A stretch of 64,000 nucleotides of DNA from Psilocybe cubensis (GCA_017499595.2 CM038999.1:310001-374000); one strand, 5' to 3'. Shown: positions 39,996-51,558, numbered from the stretch's first letter. Program-made: numbers and translations. The notes: generated by a model not told the origin, from the letters alone.

Positions 39996-41691
39996 ATGTC
40001 GTCAGACTCCCCTCCTCCTACCTCAGACCCGCCCAACGCGTCAGCCGCTGCTGCTACGCCCTCTTCATTGTCGGCCTCTACTCCGACTACACAATCTGCG
40101 GCGCACCCCTCTGCAACGCCATCTTCGTCGTCGGCCCCCACTCCGACCACACAGTCTGCAACACACCCCTCTGCAACGGCCCCCAGTGCAGCTGCAGCAC
40201 CACCGGCACAGCCTGCGCCTCCTTCTGCCCACGCGGCTTCCTCCCTGGTTTCGGTCCCTCGTGATAACGGCAACGCCGGTGCGTTGCCGTTTTTTGGTGT
40301 CAATTTCTCTTCGTCTCGCGCCCCACGTCCATCGGAGCTGCTTCAACCAGCGATCACAATTCTGGTGGTGACTATCGGATACATTGTTGGGCTGTTTGAC
40401 CGTGCAGAGTAAGCAGCTGTTGAATTTTATAAAAAAAAATAACCTACTGATGTGATCTTCTAGTCAAATAGATATGAATCTCTTGCTTCGTGTTCCCGGA
40501 TACGCTATCCGCCAATTTTTTTCGTGGAGTGAAGCCGTTGCCTATTACACGGAGAGATACCTTGCAGGGGATGTACACATCGTTCCCCCTTCGCCATCCA
40601 CGTCGACCGGTCTTTCCTCTGGCTCGTCCCCAGCTCCACCTCCTCCTGCACATGTGTCTGTCCCAGTGCCGCCACCTCCTATTACTGCGCGCCAAGCACT
40701 ATCAACGTCTCGTGATCCCACGGCTGTACGTCGAACCGCCGCACCAGCTATTGCACCCGTACGGGCGCCTGAAGATCCTAATGCCCGATATGGGAGTGAG
40801 TTCAACCCAATTCCTGTTGGCATGGGCGATGCTCTGACCCGCCGTGCTGTTCGTCTGGCCCGACTTGCAGATAATGTGCCGTCGCCGTCGTCTTCTACCC
40901 CACCGTCCAACTCCAAGACATCATCTGTGTCTACCGCGCCTTCGAAGTCCAAGGGCAAAGCTCCTGCTTCTGTATCGCAGACTTCAAACTCCAAGGGAAA
41001 AAACAAGCGGCCTGCTTCGTCTACCGGATTTCGAGTTCCAAAGGAGAAGCTAATCAAAATGAACGGCAGCAATTGGTATTGCGACCCACAGGATCCTGAG
41101 AACTACATATGGCATTCACGAGCGTCTCCTGACCGCAACTCCCCATCTAGCGCCCCCCCACCCTCTTATTCTGATTTGCCCCCTGCCACCATTACTGGAA
41201 ACTCTGAATCAGCTGCAGGTTCCAGCTCTGCCACGGGTTCCAGGTCTTCGCGGGCTTCTACAAACTCGGCAAACAATCGTACCCGGTGGAGAGGTAACCC
41301 TGACTCTCCTCCTTGGCCCAACCCACCCTTGGTATCACGTCAGGGGGAAGGTAGCTCTGCGTCATGGAATGACCTGTCCTCAGCCTCTCAGGATGCAGAT
41401 TCTCAGCGTCTCACTCAACACCAGCAACGGATTTTGTCTGCAGCAGCAGCAGCACGACGTCAGCGTCAATCATTGGTTGGATCTTCTCAGGACTCTGCGA
41501 CTATCGGTAACTCTCAGACCCTTGAACAATCTGTGTTATTCACATGTGATGCGGATTTCTTCAATCATGGAGCTTCCCACCCGTCCTTATCTTCTCTCAT
41601 GGCATCAGCCGACTCAGGTACTTCTGCTCCTCCTGGCTCTGAAGAAACACCAGAAATGCCCCAGGACGATGACGATGAAGATATGATGTAA
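39996..41691 (+). CDS. Low-complexity cargo protein with a possible RNase H1 N-terminal / caulimovirus viroplasmin-like domain
   Basis: Two exons; ILVVTIGYIVGLF..RVPGYAIRQFFSWSEAVAYY resembles the VV..G..VG.F..G...F.SW.EA pattern; flanked by Ser/Pro/Ala-rich sequence. Confidence 0.6.
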
Positions 41692-41889
41692 GGCAAAGGT
41701 GTATTTTGCAAAGGGTATGCTGTAGGGGACGTATCTCACAACTTAGTTTACACTGGTACTTTACCAAGCTTTTTTTATTTCAATTTCATATGAGATTGGC
41801 TGGCTCTTTGGGGTGTGATTGTTGCTCAATGCACGTGAAAAACATTCAGATATTGATAAAAATGTAAAATGAAATTTTACTGAACCAAA

Positions 41890-42465
41890 TCAGTGAACAG
41901 GCGAACCACCTCGGTAAGAGTTGCGTCCATGCAAACTGATCCATTCCTCCTCAGTAATGCCATGAGCCAGCGCGCTCAGGCGTATCCATTCTTCCTCCTC
42001 ATCCGGGTCCTCCTCTTCTTCCTTTGGAGGGTTTTGTTTTTTCCTACGTAGATAGTTTGTATACTAATGACTTTGACAATAAAATAAAACATACCTGTAG
42101 TAAATTTTGGCCTTAACCTTCAACGTGAAACGGTTTCGTTCACGATATCTAGCCTGGGCCTCACGATGCTTCTGTCTGCTCAAAGCAAGCTCGTTGTCAG
42201 GCAGACTCTTGCGACTGATGGTCATGAATGAGGTTAGGTTGTAACATAGTATGCGCACGTTGGACATACCGTTGATAACGCTCTTGCGATTTCCGTCGCT
42301 CGCGTTTGCAGTTGCTAAGAAAGTTAAGTTTGCGTGTAGTTAAGTTTGCGTAGGTTGATTGCGTTGACAGAGACCTACGTACGCCTCATAGTAAGCACGT
42401 CTCCGTCTGAGATACATCTCACGGTTTACAGTTTTGATTGCTTTTGAAGCGCGTTGGCGTGCCAT
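41890..42465 (-). CDS. Small Arg-rich, bZIP-basic-region-like cargo protein (4 exons, ~135 aa)
   Basis: Spliced reading MARQRASKAIKTVNREMYLRRRRAYYEANCKRERRKSQERYQRRKSLPDNELALSRQKHREAQARYRERNRFTLKVKAKIYYRKKQNPPKEEEEDPDEEEEW..GSPVH* with three GT-AG introns. Confidence 0.7.
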
Positions 42466-43062
42466 TAATACACGTAGGGCAGAGTATAACGGTGTTTGAT
42501 AAAGAGGCGATCACAATGTTTTGAAGTCAGGCAAGGCTTGAACGGCAAGGCTAGAACAAATACTTACCTAAAAAGGTATGAACCGAGGCGGGTCAAGTGT
42601 AGTTCACACAAAGAAAATTCTTTTGCACAACATTGCGTGCGGCTTTCAGAGAATTGAAAAATACCATAAATAATCTAAAATACGTTTGAAGACGTTTCTG
42701 AAAAAAAAATTTTTTTGGTGTATCCAAAGTGCATTATGAGGACGTACGTACATACGTGGATTGTGTGCAGTGTTCGAAATATCACCATTTTTGTAACTAC
42801 ACTAATGCTCTAATTTTTTGACAAATCAATTCTCCCAAAGATTCTCTGTCTTTAGACACTGTATTCATAGCGTTAGAGTCACAATTAAGCATTATACGAG
42901 GCAAAAACCATCAAACCGAGATCACCATAAACATCACCCGAGATCACCATACGTTAGCCTGCTTTTACACTACTCCAGCAATTCTCATCTCATTCCTTTA
43001 ATTTTTATCTTGGACTGATTTGATTCACATCTGCTATATCAGGAAGTATCTAATGAATGTAA

Positions 43063-44470
43063 CTATGCAGTGGTTTTGGCATTATTTGACGTAGATAACA
43101 GAGACAATCCCAACTTCCATCGTGTTGCGTTAGCTTCCTCGTCTTGCGCACGTTGCTCTCGAGTCAGCTTCGCCAAATAACGCTCACGCGTCATGAAGTT
43201 ATTCTCTACCCATCGAAAGATTCCGCCCGCTGTGTACTGCGCGAATGAATAGCGACGTTCTGTTTCCTTGATGGGCACGTTGGAATGTGTAATCAGGGCT
43301 GAGGGGAATAAAATGGTGCACCCAGGTGGGAACTCGATGACAATCTTAAGCTCCCATAATATCAAATGGCCTCCTGCTGTGTAGTCGAAGTCTCCCAGGG
43401 CGGTTACGGCGCACCAGCCAAACGCAAGGTTTGCGAAATCCTTGTGCTGGAAGCAGGTTGTCCATGGGCCAAAATTATACGACACAGCACTAAAGATGCT
43501 GTCAGGGAAGATGCGACGGAGCTTGGGGTGCTTGGAATGTAGTTTTGAAAGCGTTGTGGCATAGTACTGATAGAGCTGGTTTGCCCACGTATACATGACA
43601 GCTGCCAATACGTTTTCAGTGCGCGCAGTTGTCCAAAATGAGGAGAAACTTACATGATGCGAAACTGGAGAATCTCTGGAACGGTTCCATTGCGTTTAAC
43701 TCGGCCAGGACTTCGGCGTTTGGCTTGGAATTCTTAACGTTGCCCGGCATTTTTCGACCACCTCCGTGTGATACGCCACAATTGAGAGAAATGAAGGCTC
43801 CTCGACGATGAGTTTCGTCCTCGATTGGGATGCAACACCGATCGCGTCGAGCCTCAATGGCAGCAGAGGCCTGGCGCTGAAGATCTTGCCAGTAGGGGTC
43901 GTTAGGGTGGTTTGCAATTACCCCAATGACATGGTTACTCGCATCGACAATCGGAGTAGATTCGCTGTAAGATCGAAGGCGTATTCGAGACTGGGGACTA
44001 GTTGAAACGAAAAAAAAAACTTACCCTGTGTGCTTGATCAACCGGAACTTGTATTCGGACTGCTCTCCCACCAGATCTTCCAACGTATACGCCCTATCCG
44101 ACGTAGGCCCTTGGTTCAAGGCTATGTAACCCGTGCTGGAAACAGGGATGTTTTCCGTTTGAAGGTCGCAGTGCGCCGGAGCCGATTTGTCAATGAGTTT
44201 GCTGTGGGCCCGAGCGCGAACATACGCGTCGGCCGCCTTGGATTCTTTCTGACGTTTTTTTGCCCGGGTGTTGTTGGCCGCCTTATTTCTTTTGACAACT
44301 CGTTTTTGCTGGCCTTCAGTGAGAGGGCGCTCCAGGGGTGTTGATGCGTAGGTAGTGGAGGCGATGGGGGTGTGAATACGAGGTGCTCGAAGATCAAACC
44401 CCGGGTCTTGTAATGCCGCCACAATGTGACCGGGGAGATCGAAAAACGCCTGCAACAGGGACGTGTGCAT
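43063..44470 (-). CDS. TET/JBP-family 2OG-Fe(II) nucleic-acid dioxygenase
   Basis: 3 exons; HRRGAF..GVSHGGG; NFGP..CFQHKDFAN (HxD); GGHLILWEL..EFPPG..PSALITHSN (distal H); RYSFAQYTAGG (2OG-binding R); lies next to a KDZ transposase. Confidence 0.88.
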
Positions 44471-44539
44471 CCTACGGTTTACGCGAGTTGTGAAGAGTTA
44501 GCTATGGGTAAGCGGTTGGGGCACAAAGGGTTTAAACCT

Positions 44540-44624
44540 CAGTGTATGTCCGTGCCCGAACATTCCTGAGGAAAACACCGCCTTTCGCAGTCCAACAGTG
44601 TATGTCCGTGCCCGAACATTCCTG
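44540..44624. repeat. 29-bp perfect direct repeat in the divergent TET / transposase promoter
   Basis: CAGTGTATGTCCGTGCCCGAACATTCCTG at 44540-44568 and 44596-44624. Confidence 0.9.
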
Positions 44625-44856
44625 TTTTCTTGCCAGAGGGAGGGTGTGGAAACAAAGGGGGAAGGAAAGAGTGCTTGAAGACTTACCTTTCACGTTCAAA
44701 TGTTGGTTGAGATCTAAGCGAGTTGGATTGACGATGACGACAAAGATTAATGAATATTTCCCACGAGCGCGTGACTGCACTCAATGATTCCGAGTAGACC
44801 CTGAATAATGGTGAGTTGTCAATGCAAGCTTTTTACCTTTAACGCATAACCTTAAT

Positions 44857-47800
44857 ATGTCAAACTCTGACAGGCCCTCTAAGCAATCACGCACTGGTCA
44901 TTCATCATATCACGACACTGTGCCCAGCTTGAATAGGCACGATGTCATCCACGTCAGCGAAGGGACAATTCGAAATATAGGAGGAGTTTTTCGAGCAACT
45001 CGCAGATTTGAGTCGCCTCAACGTGTCGCTGGAACTTGGGAGCAAGTCACGTCTTGGGAACCGCCGGATGACGAAGAATATGCTTTAAATCCCGACGGGG
45101 ATTTTTACAATACCGTCGTAGATCAGGAGGTGGTGGCCGAGGATGGCACAAAAGACACTGTAAAAAGACAACAGAGCAAGGTTTCGGTAAGAAATGAGTA
45201 CGTTATGACAGCAGTAGACGCTAAAACCATGCATAGAAACGGCCTCACGTAGTTTGGAAAGAGACCCACCGTGAAACATATCTGGAAGAGATTCTTCGCT
45301 GGGCCGGGCGCGGTGACTTCCGCCATGCTACACAGTGTCCAGACTGCCTTGTACGAGGAGTAACGCCCGAGACTCCTGAATTCAGGTGTCGCGAATGCTT
45401 TTCGCCTGACCTCGTATGCCAGGCCTGCTGTGTGAAACGCCACAGATTACATCCCTTTCACCGAATTCAGGTAAGCTGTTTGGCATCCAGTTATCATCTA
45501 ATATTATCTTTAACATACCTATCTTGTAGAGATGGACCGGCACCCACTTTTTGGCAGTTTCTCTAAACACAATTGGGGGAAAAATTCAGCTGAATCATTC
45601 CAGCGGGTATTGCGAAAACCCAACGCCGTGTCATGCCAGTTTTTTGGTGCTCCATACGAATGGAATTCATTCGGTCAACTTATTTTACTGTAACTGCTCC
45701 AGAGCTATCCCTCATCACTTGCAATTACTCCGACGACGGCTATACCCAGCTTCACAAATTACTCCAAAAACAGTTGCAACTTTTGAGTTGCTGCGTCATC
45801 TCCATAAAATGGCATTAACTACCAAGGCCTCGACATATGACTTTTATCGCGCTCTTGAAAAGTCAACAAACAACACAGGGATTAACCTCCCACCCTCGCG
45901 TTACCCTGCACTATTCCGGATGATTCTTCAATGGCGGCATTTACAAATGCTAAAGTGGGCGGGGAGAGGGCATAGCCCCACAGGGGCTGCAGGTACAGGC
46001 GAGGGTGAGCTTGCAATTCAGTGCCCGTCTTGCCCACATCCCAGTATAAATCTTCCTGTTGGCTGGGAAAATGCGCCAGACGAAATGAAGTGAGTTATAT
46101 TGATGTTCACTAGTATCCGATAGCTAACGTTACTACAGATTCCTCTATATGGTTATGATATGCATGGACGCCAACTTCCGATTAAAAAATCAGATGGTGT
46201 CTAACTGGTCTCAAGACCCTGGGCTTGGAATCGGGTGGGCGTATATGATACCACTCAAAGGATATGAGGAGTATGTCAAGAGCCGGCTGTCAGACAAAGA
46301 CGTAAGATTCAAGAGTTTGAATAGCTATTGGTTACTGATACCGGGTCTAGATAAGCACATGCGTTGGGTTTCAAGCACTAGCCAAGGCCAATACAAAATT
46401 TTCAATTGGACTACGTTACACGGGCCTGGGACTTACAGTATGCGGTCGCTCAGAGATGATTATGAGAGTTGGAAATCTACATAAGGGAGAAAGGTGCGTG
46501 CTATCAATTTAATGCTAGATGAATTTGTGTTCTAAGAATTCATAGATATGCCAACATGGACTACATTTTTGCTTCAATTCTTCGAACATTGGCTGTACAA
46601 TTTGTGCTGGCAAGCTACGATATAGCTTGTCAGTGGTTCATCAATCTTCTTCGGCGAATCGAAACACAGTGGCCAGATGAAATCAAGCCACGTTCCAACA
46701 TCACACTGATGCCCGCAATCCCCAAGCTGCATGAGCCAATGCACAAGCAGCAAAATCATGAGCTATACTCCTACAACTACATGCCTGGTGTTGGTTTATC
46801 AGACGGAGAGTGCCCCGAGCGTGTATGGGCGCCGCACAATGTCCTGGCAAACGCAACCAAGACTCAGGGTCCGGGTTCACGACATGACACTCTTGACGAC
46901 CATTTCGGCTTTTGGAATTGGCTCAAATATACGTCGATGGGAACTACGTTGCTTCGAAAGTATAAAAATGCGGTGGCTCAGCGAAATATTCAGACAGAGG
47001 GCCATCGGGGCTTGACAGATTCTTTGGAAGACCCAAGACTTGTGCCTGCATGGGAGAAAATGTGTGTCGAATGGGAGAAAGATCCCTTTCCAAAAACCAC
47101 AGCAAAAAACCCATATTATGTGAAGGAGACTGGTAAGTGATCCCACCTATATTCATCTATCATATGCCTGATTAGGTATAGGTGCATCTGAAGCTGAAGT
47201 CAAGAAGGCCCTTCACGATGAAGAGGCTGAATTTTTATCTAAAGGTGGAACGTTACCGCACAAAACTACCCCGTCTGTCTTTATTGGTATGGGCCTAGAC
47301 CTTGAGGAAGCACAGTAAGTTATATTCCTCGTCTACAACATAAGACTTTAACTTATAACATGGGTGCAGGCGGCGACTTAAACGGCTAGCTACCAACACG
47401 AGTGCAGATGCCACTATTCGCCAAGAAGGCACACTCACGGAGCAGCAAAATATCCTCACTACACGCATTCGGGCATGGGAGCAACTTGTTCCCATCTATA
47501 TGCCAGGACTGCTTCAGTATCAGACAGATAATCCGCCGACAGAGCAGTCAACGCACGCCGAAGACATTGTCCTGTGGCTTCCATCAATGGTACCCGCAGA
47601 ATGCAGAGAAACTATCTGTGTGGCCGGCTTGGCTGATGTCGAACAGAAGCTGCGGATGGCGCATATGACCGACTCTTTGAATGCAATACGGCAGATTCTC
47701 AAAATCAAGTCACGAATGATTGAATTCAAAAATAAAAACATACGAGGACAACGTGGGGGAACCAGGTCAACGTCAGTTATCGACCGCGTGCATGAGCGTG

Positions 47801-48624
47801 CACGATTTGCAGCAGGAAAATATCGTGCAGCTCGGAAAGCTTATTTCGAGTTGGCAGGACCTGGTAACTGGGAGCAGAATTACCGTGTACTTGCAGACGG
47901 AGATATTCGAGCATATCAAGATCCTGCTCGGCTAGGACCCAGAAAGGGACGCCGCGGAACGCTTGATGATGAACAGGTCGCGGCAGGGATGGATGTAGAG
48001 AATCAGCCAGAAGAGGGGGATCTTTTCCTGTTCAACGAGGAGCGCACCAAGCGTCAAGAATCGGGTCAGACACGGCGAACTCTGTCATGGATCTGGACGG
48101 TTCGTACCAATGCTGCAGACACAACAAGCGAAGAAGAGAAAGATGATCTCTTGCGTGTTGAATGGGCGAGGAGCCGAGCTAGGGTCATGCGCGCAAAAGA
48201 GGAGGTTTCGATGTTGAAGGAAGAGATGCGGCGAACATTAGTGTTTTTGGACTGGAAAGCTGCCTGGTGGCGAGAACGCAAAAACGCTATCTCTAACGCG
48301 AGTAGCGATCGCTTGGAGGCCATTTCCGCATTTGCCATTGTGCAAGCTGACCTTCAAGATTCCTTGGCGGAGCATTTCCGAAATCTGTGGCGGTCTCCAT
48401 TACAAGAGGCAACATTGCGTGCTGCAGGTTCTTCAATTGCTGCCACTGAGCCCACATCAGTTTCTTCGACTGACCCTGCCTCGACATTGACATTGCTTGG
48501 AGATGGAGATGAAGGTGATGATAACGGTGACGACGACGACGAGTACAACGAGGAAGAAATGTTTGAAGAGAGTGGTGTGGAGGAGTTGGATATCACTGCA
48601 AATAGTGTAGCAGCATTGGTGTAA
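44857..48624 (+). CDS. CxC2-domain KDZ transposase, apparently intact
   Basis: CPDC..CRECF..CQACC..H..HPFH; NGIHSVNLFYCNC; LYPAS..PKTVATF; CPSCPHP; MDANFRLK; KGERYANMDY; SYDIACQW; IPKLH; DGECPERVW; LSWIW; EWARSRAR..EEMRR. Confidence 0.95.
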
Positions 48625-48785
48625 ATCAACATTAAATTCGTAGCTACATACTTTACATGCAATTTAGAACGATATGTCGACGAGGAAAAAGGTTACAGAA
48701 ATGCTGCCAAGCAAAGGTGGATAGCTGCCGCGTGCAGATAAGCTGCAAGAGATTCCAGCGGGAGTATGACGCGGTATGACGAAGT

Positions 48786-49320
48786 GACAGGAACCATCCA
48801 TCGCGTCTAAAAATACGCCTGCATCAGAGGCAGTGCCAGGCCCAGACCAGGGTGGGCAGGGGTGGGCCGAGATTGCGTCTAAAAATATACTTGCATCACT
48901 GATGAGTGATCATCAGGAGGCTGTGCGCGGTCCAGACCAGCAAGGGCGGTGTGGCACACGGCTACTGCACCCGCGAACATCCCAATCGGGAAGGCGCGCA
49001 TTTAATTCCCCCGCGTCATCCAAACCCACCCCGACCAATCCATCCCGCCACCACCCCCGAACCCTGCGCAAACAACGCCGCCGCATTCTAGGCGCTGCTG
49101 GCTACCGACCCGTATTTTTTTCAGCCCGAACGGCGGCCCCAACGACGAGCAACGCTATTCCGAACGGCCGGCATGCGTATTGACGCATTGTTTGGTGCAG
49201 CTGCCCAGCACGTGCTCAGACGCGGCGAATGCATCAAATGTGGCAACTGGAAACTGCCAGGCTAGATATATACTGCCCACCTGGCAGTTTCCAGTATATG
49301 ATACATCAGGACAGCAGGTA
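48786..49320. repeat. Right terminal inverted repeat of the KDZ element (~535 bp)
   Basis: Near-identical reverse complement of 32723-32887 + 36636-37055, differing by small indels of subrepeats and in the outermost ~25 bp. Confidence 0.95.
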
Positions 49321-51198
49321 GAGGTGGAATTCTCTAATCCGATAGACGAAATCGCAAATGTGGCCTATGTACTCGCCAACTGGTTTGCAGATGGGATGCT
49401 CGTAGGATTTTTGTAAGCTCGTATTGGAGATGCCTGGTTGAGTGATCGTCTATAGGTATACCGATGTATGGTCATATACAGAGGATGTAGATTCCCTCGT
49501 TTTCTAGTCATCGGAATCCCTGCCACGGCGTACCTCGGATCAGTTAGTTAGTACCTTTCCACTCTACGATTTTCCATGGCTTACCCAGTGCTTTAGCTGT
49601 TGGGATACTGTGGCTGACACAAATTTCTGCCACCTCACCATGGGTAGCAGGAAGTGTGAACTTTACAGCGCCTTACTTTTGGCTTTCTCTTGCGCTCAAC
49701 ATAACAATGACAATTGCCATCTGCGCCAGGCTCCTCTTTTTCCGCAGAAGAATGCGAACTGTCCTAGGAGAAGGGCATGGATCACACTATACAAGCATAG
49801 CGACAATGGTCGTCGAGTCCGCAGCGATTTACTCTGCCTTCTCTTTATGCTTCTTGATCCCATTCGCACTTAACCATCCGGTGCAAAATATATTCATTCA
49901 AATGCTGGGCGAAGTACAGGTAAGTGTGCACGTGTGTCGTAAGTTAAACGCTAAATCGTTTCATTTATAGATAATAGCACCCCTTCTTATCACGTATAGG
50001 GTGGCTTATGGAAAAGCTTGGACTGATAAGACCACTAATCAACTTCTATCTAGGAACAAACAATCTCAAGATATTCGAATGAGCTACAAAAGAGGGATAT
50101 CTGCAGCTGGTGTATCTGGTAATTCTCACACACTGAATGGTTCATTCAGGGAGGAGATTATGGCCAAGGATTCCGATGATGGCACTTACGTTCAGGTCTG
50201 GACGGAAAAATCGATAGCGTAATAAGTAGATAAGAATGATTCACATTGATTTATGGTCGCTCATCTCGTAGATTTTGATTCCATTTAATTTATGCAGTTT
50301 CGGCAATCTAGCTGAGCAGTTGAAGGTCCATTTTCCGAAGACCACCGGTGTTCGCCGAAAACCTTCGGTATATGCCGTGGGCACTCCTCTGTACAGACTA
50401 TTCGATCCGAGTCATCTAAGAGAAGTAAGTTGAAAACAAATATAACTATAACAGTACCCGGGAAATCTAATAGAGCGACGCTAAGATTGACTAATTTTAG
50501 ACCGAGATCGTGGTCATGGAGAGAATGACCGAGATGGGCGCTTGATGGGCGTTATCTCACATTGGCAAAGCGAACAGGTTTATTCGGTACAAAAAAACAA
50601 TAGGGAGCTTGGCTCTGTACATTTAATTAAGGTCAATCAAACGCCCCACCTTCATAGTATGTATGTCAATGCAACATTCACTTGAAACGTTTGTTACTAC
50701 CAGCATTTCATCAATAACTCGAACTCTGTAAGTGTTCCGCGGGCCGGGCCCCGGGTCCGCAGTAAAGGGGTGAGAATCCCAAGTTGAAGACGTATAGTGA
50801 ATTAATTTACACTACCTCTCCATCAAGGTACAATGGTTTCGAATATCTAGAACCATGTTTACCGTTTACTGACATGAAATGGATCTGGCAGACCCATGCC
50901 ATTTTTATTTCTGTGACCCGTTTCGATCATGTCATCTAGCTACGCAGCACTATTGATTCATTCTTAGCTTCAACTGCAACTCTCATCCACAGGAATATGA
51001 TCGAGTATGGTGAATTATAATGACAAGCACAGATTGCCACTTCTCACATCAGTAGTCATCGTGAGTAAGTTTGATTCTGGGATCCGGTGAGACTCAAAGT
51101 CGTATAAAGGCCTCGATAATCTTTTAGGTACACATTATAACCGTCCTCACACCGCTCCAATTGTTTTATCAAACCAATAACTCAATAAAAACAACACC

Positions 51199-51558
51199 AT
51201 GTCCCGTTTCTTCTTCACCTTTACCATCGTGGCGTGCTGGCTCTCTCCCCTCATTTTTGGCAAGTTGATAGGCTAAAACTAGGAAGAAAAGCACTAGAGA
51301 CTCATTTTCCTTTAGCCATTCCCGTTGAATACCCAGAGCACATAGTGAACCATATACCTGTGGCCAACGTGGCTTCCTCAACAAGTGCCATTGTACTTCC
51401 AAGCGGCACCCCAATAGGTGGTAAGCAAACATTTAGTCCATTCATTTGGAGGATCGATTCAAATCGACATACACCTAGGTATATGCACCATTGAACACGG
51501 CTGCCCTCCCCCACCGCATACATGTGACAGCTTTGATGCTTGCCCCTCCTTCCCCTAG
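51199..51558 (+). CDS. Small secreted Cys-containing peptide, family member 1 (81 aa, 3 exons)
   Basis: Exons 51199-51259, 51316-51420, 51479-51558 (first intron GC-AG): MSRFFFTFTIVACWLSPLIFAIPVEYPEHIVNHIPVANVASSTSAIVLPSGTPIGGICTIEHGCPPPPHTCDSFDACPSFP; TATAAA ~95 bp upstream. Confidence 0.8.

Larger units (their letters stand above)
32718..49320. mobile_element. KDZ (Kyakuja-Dileera-Zisupton) DNA transposon with TET/JBP and other cargo genes
   Basis: Long TIRs (left 32723-32887 + 36636-37055; right 48786-49320); flanking direct repeat GAGGTGGAATTCTC at 32704-32717 and 49321-49334; internal CxC2-KDZ transposase. Confidence 0.92.
32336..50222 (+). pseudogene. 7TM membrane protein gene split by the KDZ insertion (5' part 32336-32717, 3' part 49335-50222)
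   Basis: 5' part ends FIDYRMIPGGP|AAFEEVEFS; 3' part resumes in frame NPIDEIANVAYVLANWFADGML|YRC..SLALNI..MVVESAAIY..|IIAPLLITYRVAYGKAW; removing the insert and one repeat copy gives a continuous ORF. Confidence 0.9.
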
